A stretch of DNA of 64,000 nucleotides, from the NCBI RefSeq assembly GCF_001194135.2, contig NC_068995.1:55643170-55707169 (forward strand). Reading direction: 5' to 3'. Origin of the DNA: Octopus bimaculoides. Taxonomy: Eukaryota. Below are positions 1 through 12,840 of the stretch, one piece after another (position 1 is the first letter of the stretch; every line of letters begins with the position of its first letter). The notes below the pieces were generated by a model. The model had not been told where the DNA came from, searched no databases, and saw only the letters and a list, made by a program, of their open reading frames with translations. The translations under genes were made by a program, and so were the position numbers.

Positions 1-654
1 ATATATATATATATATGACATTGGAAAATATCGAAATGGTGCCTGCTGCTTGAAAAGTATACACTTAATTGGAAGCTAATTTGCATGCCATGATGAGCCA
101 AAAACCGTTTTCATTGATTTTACATTCTCAATAAGAATTCATTAAAGTGAATTTAAAATGTCTTTTTCTTAAATTGCAAGTAAGAAAGACAACACCGCAA
201 TATCATCTAAATAAAATGAAATGAAGATGTGCGAAGTGAATGTGCCTTATCTTAGTAGTAAGGTCACAAGTTTAGATAGTTTCCTAATTTATTAGACCCC
301 TTAGCAAGCCTATGTTGATCGCATATCGACCAAAGCACAGAATGACATTAAGACTATGCAGTTTTGGCGTGAAAATAAATCACCGTAAGCTTATCTTCCG
401 ACTCGACCTCAACACAGCAAATCATTATATTCAGTGGAACCGAAGTACAGTTATTTAATGCGAAACGTTGCCCTCGTGATTTATTTTATAAGTAACTCGA
501 TGCCAGAAGTTGATATCGGAGACAACTGAAATGTTCTGTCAGTCACTCTGCATGTAGACTGTTGCTATTGTTGTTCATGCTGTTGTCGTTGTCCTCCTGC
601 TTGTTTCTGTCTCATGTTTAGGGATGGTGTTTCTAAGACCATCTTCTTATCGTT

Positions 655-865
655 TACCTCTTACTGCTTTCAGCCATTGGAATATGGCGACAGCTGAGAC
701 CCCACCCTGAAGGGTTCCGTTGAAAGAATAGACCCTTTTTCTTTTTTTCTTTTTTTTTTTGGTATTAGTCTGGTTCTTAAACTATCGATTTCTTGTGCCG
801 AACTTGTAAGTTACAGAGATGTAAACAAACCTACATCAGTCGTCCAGCGGAGAAGTGGGGAACAC
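655..865 (-). mobile_element. SINE family C, degenerate 3' half
   Basis: TTTCAGCCATTGGAATATGGCG...GCCGAAC...GATGTAAACAAACC. Confidence 0.65.
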
Positions 866-1636
866 GAATGCGTACATGTATCCACATACACACACCAACA
901 CATACACACACACGCACACACACACACACACGTAATATATATAAACATACATCGAGTATAGATATTAGTGGTAGTATTTACTTAAAATAGCCGGAGTGTT
1001 ATCTCAGGACAAACACTGCAGTAACTGGCCTATCGACAGTGTGTATGATACATAGACATCTATATAAATAGATACATACATATATATGTGTATGCGCGCA
1101 TGTGTGGTGAATATATATATATATATATANNNNNNNNNNNNNNNNNNNNNNNNNNNNNNNNNNNNNNNNNNNNNNNNNNNNNNNNNNNNNNNNNNNNNNN
1201 NNNNNNNNNNNNNNNNNNNNNNNNNNNNNNNNNNNNNNNNNNNNNNNNNNNNNNNNNNNNNNNNNNNNNNNNNNNNNNNNNNNNNNNNNNNNNNNNNNNN
1301 NNNNNNNNNNNNNNNNNNNNNNNNNNNNNNNNNNNNNNNNNNNNNNNNNNNNNNNNNNNNNNNNNNNNNNNNNNNNNNNNNNNNNNNNNNNNNNNNNNNN
1401 NNNNNNNNNNNNNNNNNNNNNNNNNNNNNNNNNNNNNNNNNNNNNNNNNNNNNNNNNNNNNNNNNNNNNNNNNNNNNNNNNNNNNNNNNNNNNNNNNNNN
1501 NNNNNNNNNNNNNNNNNNNNNNNNNNNNNNNNNNNNNNNNNNNNNNNNNNNNNNNNNNNNNNNNNNNNNNNNNNNNNNNNNNNNNNNNNNNNNNNNNNNN
1601 NNNNNNNNNNNNNNNNNNNNNNNNNNNNNNNNNNNN

Positions 1637-1675
<39 letters not shown>

Positions 1676-2281
1676 CATACAAACACACATACATATACAT
1701 ACAAGTATACATGTACATATAAGTAATCGATATATCTATTAATAGATTTTGTTCGAAATTACATACGAGTGTGTTTGGGTACACGCTAGGGCTGGAAGGA
1801 ATCGTGCTGTTTGTAATATTTCTGTTGATACAGAAAGGATGTTTTGATTGCAATGAGGCCGGTTATTGAATTTCGGAAAGAGCTGAAATCTAGATAACTA
1901 TTGTTGAGGATTCTGGCTTTTCTTTCTTTTCTTTTTCTTTTTTCAGCTTTTTGACTGGTGCTTATTATTTTCTGTTCTTTTCTCTTTGGTAATTCGGTGC
2001 GGCAGTGAAATTTGGTTAATAAATAATACCGGCCACAGACGAAAAGAAAGGGAGTAAGGAAGTGTCTGCATTAGGTTAACATGCTGTTATAATTATTGTT
2101 TTCTTTTGCTGTTGTTTATTTAAGCATAAATGCCCTGTATCCCATACCACACACACACACACATACACAAACGCGCGCACACACACACACACACGTGTGT
2201 GTGTGTGTGTATACATACATATACTTTGAACGATGAATCTCGTAGAAGATATTGCTATAAATATTAGCTTCACATTTTGAC

Positions 2282-2462
2282 ACAAGGCCAGGAAATTCAG
2301 AGGAAGGATTAAGTCAATTATCTCGACTCCACTGCTCAACTGGTGCTTATTTCATCGATCCCCGAAAAGGATGAAAGGCAAAGTTGACATCGGCGCAGTT
2401 TGAACTCAGAACATAAAGACGGACAAAATGTTTCCAAGCATTTTGCTTACGATAGCTCGCCC
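2282..2462 (-). mobile_element. SINE family A copy
   Basis: Contains ATCGATCCCCGAAAAGGATGAAAGGCAAAGTTGAC...TTTGAACTCAGAAC, the reverse complement of the core. Confidence 0.8.
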
Positions 2463-2684
2463 TCTTCCTCATCCGGTAATATTAGCTGTAAATGTAGTTA
2501 ATTTTTATTGTCCGATAATCCAAGTTTGATTACAGTCTATATCAACCAGTAATTAATATCGAGCGCTTGAGTTACGACGCTTGTCGGGATCTCGGTCGAT
2601 TGACCTATGCTCCCACTTCTTCCAGTATTATCTTGAAACTGCTGCGGATAGGTATTTACTTCGATGCGCAACATATGGACATAT

Positions 2685-2880
2685 CTTTTATCTTTTTTCT
2701 TGTTTCAATCACTGGACTGCGGCCATGTTGGGGCACCATTTAGTTGAACAAATCAATCCCCCACTACTCATTACTTACGCTCTTTGAAGTCTGATAATTA
2801 TTTTGTCGTCTCATTTGTGAATCGCTATGTTACGGAGGACGTAAACAAACTAACATCGATTGTCAATCGTTAGTGTCAAC
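2685..2880 (-). mobile_element. SINE family C, 3' half
   Basis: CTTGTTTCAATCACTGGACTGCGGCCATGTTGGGGCACC...GGACGTAAACAAAC. Confidence 0.75.
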
Positions 2881-2888
2881 ACCCACCC

Positions 2889-2922
<34 letters not shown>

Positions 2923-3371
2923 CAAAAAATATATACATCAGCCGGTGGACATTCTATTATATCTATTTATTCTAAAACATAAGGAAGTATTATAAGAATA
3001 GATACACATGCAAAGACTGTGTGCTACACAAATATATGCTATTAATACCTAAAAGAATAAAAGACCAGTTCCTTACGGCCGTTTCTACCAAGAGGCCACA
3101 ATATCCTGCATGCTATCTCCATCTCTTCAGTGTTCTGTAGGGATGGGTAGATAAAGTCTGGATGTTGAGTGTGCCTCTAGGCTTCTTCAGAGGGTCTAAG
3201 TGGTTAGGAGAGCCAATACATATAAAGTAAAGAGGAACACGTCCATGCGTCGTGCAAACGAGAGAAATTAATGGAAAGATTTGGTACATATCTACTAAAT
3301 CACGAACTGTGACTGAAAACACTCAGCAGATTTTGTTATTGGATATTTATGGACAAGACCAAGACAGGATA

Positions 3372-3560
3372 CCGTCATATTTGGTGGCATAAAAGATACA
3401 CAGGCATATTATACACACCTCAATTTCAGCAGCGTATATTAAGGGGGAATGTTTTTAGAGTATTAAAGCGTGTAATATTGGTCCAATTTCGCATATAAAA
3501 CCAGGAGTGATTTTTTGAGACATATTTTTTAAAGGGTGTCTTATATGCCACCAAATACGG
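3372..3560. mobile_element. Tc1/mariner (pogo/Tigger-like) MITE (189 bp)
   Basis: Imperfect TIRs CCGTCATATTTGGTGGCATAAAAGATACAC / GGTGTCTTATATGCCACCAAATACGG, flanked by a TA dinucleotide on both sides (3370-3371, 3561-3562). Confidence 0.8.
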
Positions 3561-4072
3561 TACATCTATGTGCACCCATTCACCTACATATCCTAAGGAA
3601 AAACAAAGTAGGTTTTACTTTTGTTTGTGTTTCTGTGAAGCTCAAACTAACAAAAATAGCAAACACCAACGTAACCTATTCATGGATATCTCTAAATACT
3701 AAATCTCAAACAAGTTATTCCTTTACATAAAAATGTATTGGCAGAAAGGATAAATATTTCTTCTTACTTTTCTCGTTTTATTTTCTTATTAGGTCTCCAC
3801 GTAGGGTCTAAATAACTATTATTGTACTATTATAGTCGTATCTTAAAATAGGTTAATAAATTACAAACTATTGATAATGGTATGGTACCTGTAATTAGTT
3901 TCCCCTCCTTCTCACTGCTTAAAGCAGAAAGCATATAGCATTTAATTATAGTGATATCCTTGTATTGTTAATAACTGGTTACTTCTACCAATGACACAAA
4001 ACGATGATTTCCAATAAGTCTGTCATTCATACATTGGGCGCGTTATGACTTGACTTAGCTGGCCGGATACAG

Positions 4073-4120
<48 letters not shown>

Positions 4121-4645
4121 GGCAGGAAGAGGCAGACAGATAGAAAAGGCAATAGCAGATTACAGCTATGAGCTTCTGTGACATTATCTGGTAATGGTAT
4201 CAGCTNNNNNNNNNNNNNNNNNNNNNNNNNNNNNNNNNNNNNNNNNNNNNNNNNNNNNNNNNNNNNNNNNNNNNNNNNNNNNNNNNNNNNNNNNNNNNNN
4301 NNNNNNNNNNNNNNNNNNNNNNNNNNNNNNNNNNNNNNNNNNNNNNNNNNNNNNNNNNNNNNNNNNNNNNNNNNNNNNNNNNNNNNNNNNNNNNNNNNNN
4401 NNNNNNNNNNNNNNNNNNNNNNNNNNNNNNNNNNNNNNNNNNNNNNNNNNNNNNNNNNNNNNNNNNNNNNNNNNNNNNNNNNNNNNNNNNNNNNNNNNNN
4501 NNNNNNNNNNNNNNNNNNNNNNNNNNNNNNNNNNNNNNNNNNNNNNNNNNNNNNNNNNNNNNNNNNNNNNNNNNNNNNNNNNNNNNNNNNNNNNNNNNNN
4601 NNNNNNNNNNNNNNNNNNNNNNNNNNNNNNNNNNNNNNNNNNNNN

Positions 4646-4677
<32 letters not shown>

Positions 4678-6383
4678 CATTATATGTGTGTATGTATTTA
4701 TGTATGTATGCATGTGTGTATGCGTGTTTACACCGTCCCATCTTAAGTTAGGAAAGAACATAATGGACAATACAGTCCAACACAGCGCTATGAAGACTGA
4801 ATGACTGGGATGGCGCACTTAGATCGCAGGTGACTTCATCTTGCTCCCATCTGGAGTTAAGCAATATTTATATAACATTTCTATTCCTTTAAATCCATTT
4901 GACCCCGATCAGTTTCATGACCTCGCTCTATTGCAGACTTTCTTCAGAACGAGGAAAATTTATATTTCTTAAAACTGACAACAAAAAAAAAGAATTGCTT
5001 ACGTTTGTGTCTCTGGACTGCTCCTGTATAAATGTCCTCCTAGCATCAAACCAAACTTCAACAGTTCTGATTTCTTTATCATCTGACCCATTAATGTGGA
5101 CATTAGTTTGGAAATATCAGCTCAGGATTTGAGACAAGCTTGCAGAATACACTAACATATTCAAGAATCCATCAGCCCGAATGTTAGGTACCAAGCGAAG
5201 TATTATTGTATATATAATCGGAGAATAACTGCTGAATGTAAACAAAACTTAGTGTAAACAACATCTTTAATCATAATCATTATGTTGTTAGTCCCTCTAG
5301 TTTATAATAACATTCTCTTAATTAGTATAATATAGCAAGTACAAAGTTAAATTTGTCTGTAACTGTTTACGTATTTATTGTTGTTCAGTTTATTTACCTG
5401 TTTTATATTTTTTCATTTGTTTTTATTTAATTCATTTTTGTTTTAATTTTTGTAATACTTTTAATTTTACTTTAAACAATCAGTGCCAAGTTGTTGTTGT
5501 TGATGTTGTTTCGATGTTGTTCAGTGTTTAATGTTCTACGCTTCAAATTCCCACCAGGTCGGCTTGAACGCGATATAATGGTTTAACCTCATGGAGGGTC
5601 GAAAAGTGAGATAACAGTCGAATGAACCGCATTACAAGTCCCCGAGTAAAGCAACGTACTGAACCCCTTAGAAAGACAGCCATAGAATTCACGAATTAGT
5701 GTTGGGGGTCTTTCAACAAACACCTGGGCTCCGCTAGTGCATTCGGGCTTTGCGACAGCACTGAAAGAGATTCGAAATCAGAATGTAAAGTCACGTAACT
5801 AAATACAAAGTATTTTGCCTGACATTCTACCAGTTCTGGCAGAACACAACAATACGGTCAAATGAATATTAGTCCAGGACTTGTATGCTTACCACAACTC
5901 TTACACCCTTTCTTAATTAGATTTGGGTAGTCGTTTGCTCGTTCCTTCCTCTCATCTTTGCTATTACGATTCACGAAGTGTTCTTCTTCTCAGGATGAAA
6001 CACTAATGATGGGCCCTATATGTAGTAATTATTAGGACTTCTAGATCTTTCTCAAATCATATCTAGTCTGGATTATGTTTGTTTTAAATAGAAAAAGTAT
6101 ACAACGAATTGTGTAGTCGTAGATTCAGCTATGAAAAAGAGAACAGGCGTTCATAGATTGTCAACAGCTTTTAGTACAAGTTTACTGAATCTGTGCTAAA
6201 CACAGCAAAATCATAATCATCATTTTAGGGCCTGGTTTTAAACAGATTGACTTTAAAATATTGGAATTGTCAGATCAATGTCATGCTCATTAGGTCCACT
6301 GACAAATAATCGAATCAACCAGCTTTTCCTTATCTCACTCGATCGTGTTAAAAAGGACCAATATTGAAATTATTTCATTGCAT

Positions 6384-6498
6384 CCCAACCATATGGCCTT
6401 GGGTTCAGTCCCACTGCGCGGTACCTTAGGCTGGCGTCTTTTACTATAGTCCCGCGGCGACTAAAGCCTTGTGAGGCGATTTATTAAACGAAGAGACG

Positions 6499-6540
<42 letters not shown>

Positions 6541-6670
6541 CCACCGCTTTATAACGGCTGTTAGTTTGTTTACGCCTTGGAGCTATAATAGAAGACTCAC
6601 GCCGAAGTTCCCGCGCAATGGGACTGAATCTAAAACCACGTGGTTACAAAGCGACCTTCTTTTATCACAC
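6384..6670. mobile_element. Inverted pair of SINE family C heads (+ 6384-6575, - 6585-6670)
   Basis: GGGTTCAGTCCCACTGCGCGG on + and GCGCAATGGGACTGAATC on -, with a (GT)n run between them. Confidence 0.75.
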
Positions 6671-6975
6671 ATTCATACTGGAACCTTTTCCATAACCAGG
6701 ACAGCCTTTTTATGCTCCACCGACTTGTTAGTTCCAGTTAGTTGATCAACCACGCAGTGACTTCAACGTCAGCTTCACATAATTCATTTTATTTTCATGA
6801 AGGGAAATTATGACTGTGATTAATGTAATCATTTCGTGTCTCTATCATTATTTCTCAAATTATTGAATCAATAAAAGTTTTCGGAATGTTGTACTATTAT
6901 TTTGTGAGATTTGAACATCTTTCTACTCGTTTCTATCATAGGACACGAAATGATTATTCACACACACACGCACAC

Positions 6976-7036
<61 letters not shown>

Positions 7037-7854
7037 GTATTGTTTACGCATATGTTATTCATACGCACATGTATGACTGCAGTTAATGGTCTGTATCCTG
7101 TAAAACGATAACAAGAAAACGTATATGGAATGCTATGAATAAATATACATCATTACACATCTTTGTGTATGTCTTTGCGTGCGCGCTATACTATACTATA
7201 CTATACTATAGTATAGTGCAACGAATTTTCTCAACTTAGCTGCCTACAATTTCCTTAATGCATTAATATTCAGGAAAACAGCTTACACATTAGATTCGAA
7301 TTCACGATACGGAACTCTATTCTCATTTTTGCTTTCAATACATCTGATGGATCCAATACACATGCTTAACGTGAGATATAACAAAGATGTATTATCCTTT
7401 CTAACAAACTACATTTGGTTGTTTGCATGTTTACACGCCACCAAACGTATATTCTGCTTCGCTAATTCATTTAGGCTACTTTTATAGCCATTTAAATGTT
7501 ATACTCATATCGAAAAGGCTATCTGTTTTCTGTTTTTGGCTAACTTCTTAAGAAAAACTGAAACATTTCCAGATCTACTGAAGAGCAATTTGCTTTTGGC
7601 CTCTTTTTTTCTTTTTTTTTTTTTTACGGAATATTCATTTATTGCTTTACATATTAATATCGATATTTAATCTTGGCACAAAAACATACGTGTATCGTGG
7701 GAGCGGGCTAAATCGATTGAATCTACATTCAAACATTTAAGGGTACCATTTTTACCACCCTTGAAAGAATGGAAGTCAAAATAAAACGTGGTCGCATTGG
7801 ACGTAAAACCTCCTTAATACAGTTGGGTATTTTAGTTCGAAGCTTTACCATTTT

Positions 7855-7934
7855 TAACATTTCACGGTGTTTTTCAAAAGCTTAAACAAACCAACGGTGG
7901 TTATCAGGTGGTAAGGTGTGACAAACACACACTC

Positions 7935-7986
<52 letters not shown>

Positions 7987-8105
7987 ACGACGGATTTCCA
8001 CAGTTTCCGTCTACCAAAGTCAGCTCTGGGACATAGTAGATTTGCCCAAGGGGACTGAACAACAAACCACATAGTTGCAAGGTGCGTTCCTTAATAACAC
8101 AGCCA
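7855..8105 (-). mobile_element. SINE family C with internal (GT)n
   Basis: CAGTTTCCGTCTACCAAA...TTGCCCAAGGGGACTGAAC...AACCACAT. Confidence 0.7.
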
Positions 8106-8492
8106 AGGTGTTATGCTAATAATAGTAGACATCATGGTCAAAAGTTTAAGACAGAACAGGGGAACTTGTTGAGGGACGGGACTGACACCGATTATACAAA
8201 AGTACGTCTGCCATTTTATTTCACCAAACATCAAACTGATCTAAGACAACACGCACCATTGTAACCTCAGTCACTTACACACCATAGGAACGAGATTAAA
8301 TTCCGGCCTTAAGAACTCGAAGGTTCATGACAGACCTAAACTAAAGTTAAGTAGATAATAATATATTTTTAGGTGTGTAGAACTTTTATCTTCCTCGAGT
8401 AAACCTTTTTGTTACTGCTCGAAGAATTGAACTCTCGAAGAATTGAACTCTGAGACACTGCAAACCAACGAAAAGACTTGTCAATTCTACAG

Positions 8493-8523
<31 letters not shown>

Positions 8524-8747
8524 ACAGTGCTGCTGCTACGGTTACAGCGGTCACAACTACTGCGACTTAATAAATTGTTGTCAACCTAAGGCACGTATTT
8601 AGACATATTTAGATCCGCCCTTAGTTCCCTGACCACAGACGAAACTCTCTGCGTATTACCAGTGGGAGGACATGAACATCACAACTTTTGAGTTAAGTGT
8701 CACTTTCTGTTTATACTCAGCCAACCTGGTAGCTCTCTCTCTCTCTC

Positions 8748-8778
<31 letters not shown>

Positions 8779-8789
8779 CNNNNNNNNNN

Positions 8790-8842
<53 letters not shown>

Positions 8843-10011
8843 TTCTATCGTCACTCTTCTCTCTTTCTCTCTACACTATTATATTATATGATCTAATTCA
8901 GTCAGTTTTCTATAAAGACGACCTTTAAGCGAAGGGTAGAACCAAAAATAGACTGTGTGTCGCCTGTACATTAATATCTAACTGTAGCCATTGTAGCTAA
9001 CACTATGACATAAGCTTGGCGTGAATTTGAATTGATGCGATTAGTTGATATTATTAAACCAGAAAGAACTGCACTATGAAAGTCTGCCTTCTTTACAAAA
9101 CGACCTTATTCTAACTCGTTCTACTTCTCTCACTTTATCTCTCTCCTTATCTATCTATCTAACTATCTAACTATTTATCAATCTTTGTATCACTGCAATA
9201 ATCTTCGTAACTTACACACATATACATTCACGCGTATAAACACACCAAAACAATATTCGCACAAAAACACATCTTTTTAAAAGTGTCTATTGTCAAATAA
9301 AAAGAACACCAGTTGCAGACCAAATAAACTTAGAAACAAACACGCTCGCGTGCGCAAAGATTGTCAGTTGGCTTAATGTCACCCGCATGAACACACACAC
9401 TCACACACTTACATGTATAACAAGTACAACGAAGCCATGGTATGTGTGTATGTGTGTATGTGTGGATGTGTGTGTATGTGTGTATGTGTGGATGTGTGTG
9501 TATGTGTGTAGGTATGCATAACCAATTATTAGAGTTATGTAAAAGTTTATAGCACAACACACTTTCACACCTGATACTGTTGCCTGTGTGTGTTAGAAGC
9601 TCGCTTCCCAATCAGTGGTTCAAAGCTTCCTTCACTACGACGGTGCTCTCGGCCATCGGAGCAGGCATGGCTATGTGGTTAAGAAGTTCGCTTTGTAACC
9701 ACGTGGCTTCCGGTTCAGTCCGGTCAGATTTGAACCGATCATATACACGAAGTCAATTAAATATTGCGACGCATTTGGTCTATAATGGTAAAATGAAGTT
9801 TCTGCCACACACCAATATCTCACACACGCACACACAGACACACACACGCACACACTCATATACATACGTATGTATATATGTATGTGTGTATGCATGTATG
9901 AATGTATGTATGTACAAATATATCTTCAAATATATACATGCATATATGCATATAGATATACATTCGCATATATACTTGCATGTATACATGTTTATATATA
10001 TACACATATAT

Positions 10012-10062
<51 letters not shown>

Positions 10063-11089
10063 CATATGTATAAACACATTCGTATAAACACGTATATGCT
10101 TATATGCATTTTTCTTATACATACCTCTCCTCTCTTTAATAAAGAAAAGACAAAAGAAAGTCTGTTTAAAAACCATCTTAATCACGTGAGACAAGACAAA
10201 TTGTTTGTCCCTTTACAACCCTTACTGACTCCCTACAGAGGAGGGGTTGATCTGACCCCCATTTATGTGAAATATTGCTATAATTGACTAAATAAATATT
10301 ATTACTTCACAGGTAATTATTTTATCAACTTTAGTGGGTTGAAAATGAAACGAGGAATCAACTTGTGGCAAAAGTAGAACGATGAAACACTGTATATTAC
10401 ATTGAATCATAAAATCCATAGTACAGTTGTTGAAGGTAAACCCTATGTCGACCACATGTGTATAGAGAAACAGGTCACCGCATACAGTTTCCCACTGCAG
10501 GTGGTATTCCGCAATATTGTCCTCTGCTCGCTAAGAATATTGCTTACCTGGAGCAAGATTTATGTCGGTCGCATGCAACAATCGCTCATTCGATATCTGC
10601 ATATTATATATATCTACTTGACCAAGTGAACTCTGCACTAAGCAACAACTACAACGAGGACAGTAATAACAGCAACAAATCCATTCTGTTTTGTTTTTGT
10701 TTATATTTTCATCTAAACAAAATGAACGATGGTTAAAGATATCAAAACGAGGGTGTGACACGTGACTGGAAAGGATGTTTTTTTTAATTTTCCCATATCC
10801 GGGCTACCACTGACATCCAATTAAATTGAGAAAAGAATTCTGCTGGAATCTTACTCTATATACCTGTACCGGTAAAACATTTCCTTTCGTCCCCACCGTA
10901 TTGTCCTTAACGACAAACATTCGAGCAAATGACTCGCCAAATAACCTCTCCACAAGTTGCCTGACTTGTCAGAAATAACTAAATCTTTAAAGTATGCCAT
11001 AAAATCTCCATAAAAAAATAATAACAAGAAAAAAACTATTGAAGAACATACACTGTACGGTGTTGTCGTAGGGTATATATATTCTTTTA

Positions 11090-11705
11090 TTCTTTTCTTC
11101 TTTTACTTGTTTCAGTCATTTGACTGCGGCCATGCTGGAGCACCGCCTTTTGTCGAATAAATCGATCCCAGGACTTATTCTTTGTAAGCCTAGTACTTAT
11201 TCTATTGGGTATCTTTTGCCGAACCACTAAATCACGGGGATGTAAACACGCCAACATCGGTTGTCAAGTGATGGTGGGGGGAACAAACACAAACACAAAG
11301 ACACACACANNNNNNNNNNNNNNNNNNNNNNNNNNNNNNNNNNNNNNNNNNNNNNNNNNNNNNNNNNNNNNNNNNNNNNNNNNNNNNNNNNNNNNNNNNN
11401 NNNNNNNNNNNNATATATATATATATATATACATACCTGCATATATATATATAATTACGGAGATATACTTGCATAGCAAGTGATTGTGTGGCGAAACGAA
11501 AACAATTGCAGCGTCGAAGATGTTTGTAAGCCATTTAAGAACATACAAAAACCGTTAGTTTCACTTCAAAATTTTAATTTCTGTCTACCAAATCCATTCA
11601 CAAGGCTTTGGCGGGCCCGAGGCTATAGTAGAATATATTTGCCCAAGGTGTCACGCAGTAGAACTGAACCCGGAACCATGTGGTTGGGAAGCAAGCTTCT
11701 TACCA
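11090..11705 (-). mobile_element. SINE family C (tRNA head + internal microsatellite + conserved 3' half), probably one interrupted copy spanning an N-gap
   Basis: The 3' half (CAGTCATTTGACTGCGGCCATGCTGGAGCACCGCC, 11112-11146) and the head (GCCCAAGGTGTCACGCAGTAGAACTGAACCCGGAACCATGTGGTTGGGAAGCAAGC, 11641-11696) are in the same orientation around a CA/TA microsatellite gap. The CCTTGGGCAAGTGTCTT motif recalls CORE-SINEs. Confidence 0.75.
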
Positions 11706-12275
11706 AGACATGATGGTCGGAATTGGATCACCTCTAATTGTATGTTGAGCTTGATCAGCTCTGGTGCAATAAGACACACGCTATAACATTCTTTGCACGC
11801 ATTCAATGATTTGATTTAAGTTGTTTGACATGAGGTATGACAGTATCAAAACATTTGTACAAATAGCTGACCACCTGTTTGTCCGTTTGTCTGTCTGTCT
11901 GTCTGTCTGTCTGTATGTATGTATGTATGTATGTATGTATGTGGATATATGTGTAGTATTGTTTTTAGGTATATATGTGTTTTGTATATATGTGTATGAG
12001 TTTTCACCGATACTTTGTTTCATCTTTCAGTGTGTGTGTGTATGTGTGTATGTGTGTCGGTGTTGGTGTGTGTATTATGCATATATACATAATTATACGT
12101 ATATATTGTTGCATATTGAAATGGTCATGTTTTTTTTTGGGGGGGGGGGCAAATAAACACACGCACTGTATGTTCGTTCTTCACTCGTTTATTACTCTTC
12201 TTATTCCAACACATGTCCATTGTCCGGAAATCTTTCGCCATATATCTGTGACCTTTTCAGCGACACTTGCCGTCC

Positions 12276-12342
12276 TCGTGTGTGCTCTTGCTCCGCTTAA
12301 TCCATTCTAGGAATGGACTAAGCGGAACAAGAGCACACACGA
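12276..12342. repeat. Near-perfect 32-bp inverted repeat with 3-nt loop
   Basis: TCGTGTGTGCTCTTGCTCCGCTTAATCCATTC-TAG-GAATGGACTAAGCGGAACAAGAGCACACACGA; 2 mismatches. Confidence 0.95.
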
Positions 12343-12789
12343 AGAACGATTACACAGTACGTGTTTATTTGCCAAAAAAGGAAAAAATTATCATCCCAAA
12401 ATATAACAATATTTATTTCAACACACGGTATCACATCAGGAATCTTGCAGCAGAAATTCATATTTCAAGGTGATACTCCAGCATGGCCGCAGTCCAATGA
12501 CTGGAACAAGTAAAAGATAAAAGATAAACACCGTATCGATTCTTGTTATGTATTGTGTTAGTGAACAGGTGAGCAAGTGAACAGGTGGTTGAATATGTAA
12601 CATGTTTGCGTATATATACAGAACAGACACGTCTGTTAATTGAATTCCAGGTTAAAACTTACCTGGAGAGGCATAAATGAATAAATTTATTATTAAATCA
12701 TACTTCACCCACAACCACTCTCACCCTTCCTCTTTCACTTTTTGGCTCCTAGCCCTCACCTTTACCCCCGTCCTTTTCACTCTCTCTCA

Positions 12790-12840
<51 letters not shown>

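Noticed and set aside
305-384. Plus-strand exon candidate QAYVDRISTKAQNDIKTMQFWRENKS
   Set aside because: Plausible donor but a moderate acceptor, no phase-matched partner and no recognised homology; indistinguishable from chance.
8279-8335. 57-nt minus-strand exon-like block
   Set aside because: Stops in all frames.
8417-8450. Short tandem direct repeats (CTCGAAGAATTGAACT x2; also 45515-45537, 34310-34331)
   Set aside because: Adjacent duplications without spacers; not CRISPR-like, consistent with slippage or repair duplications.
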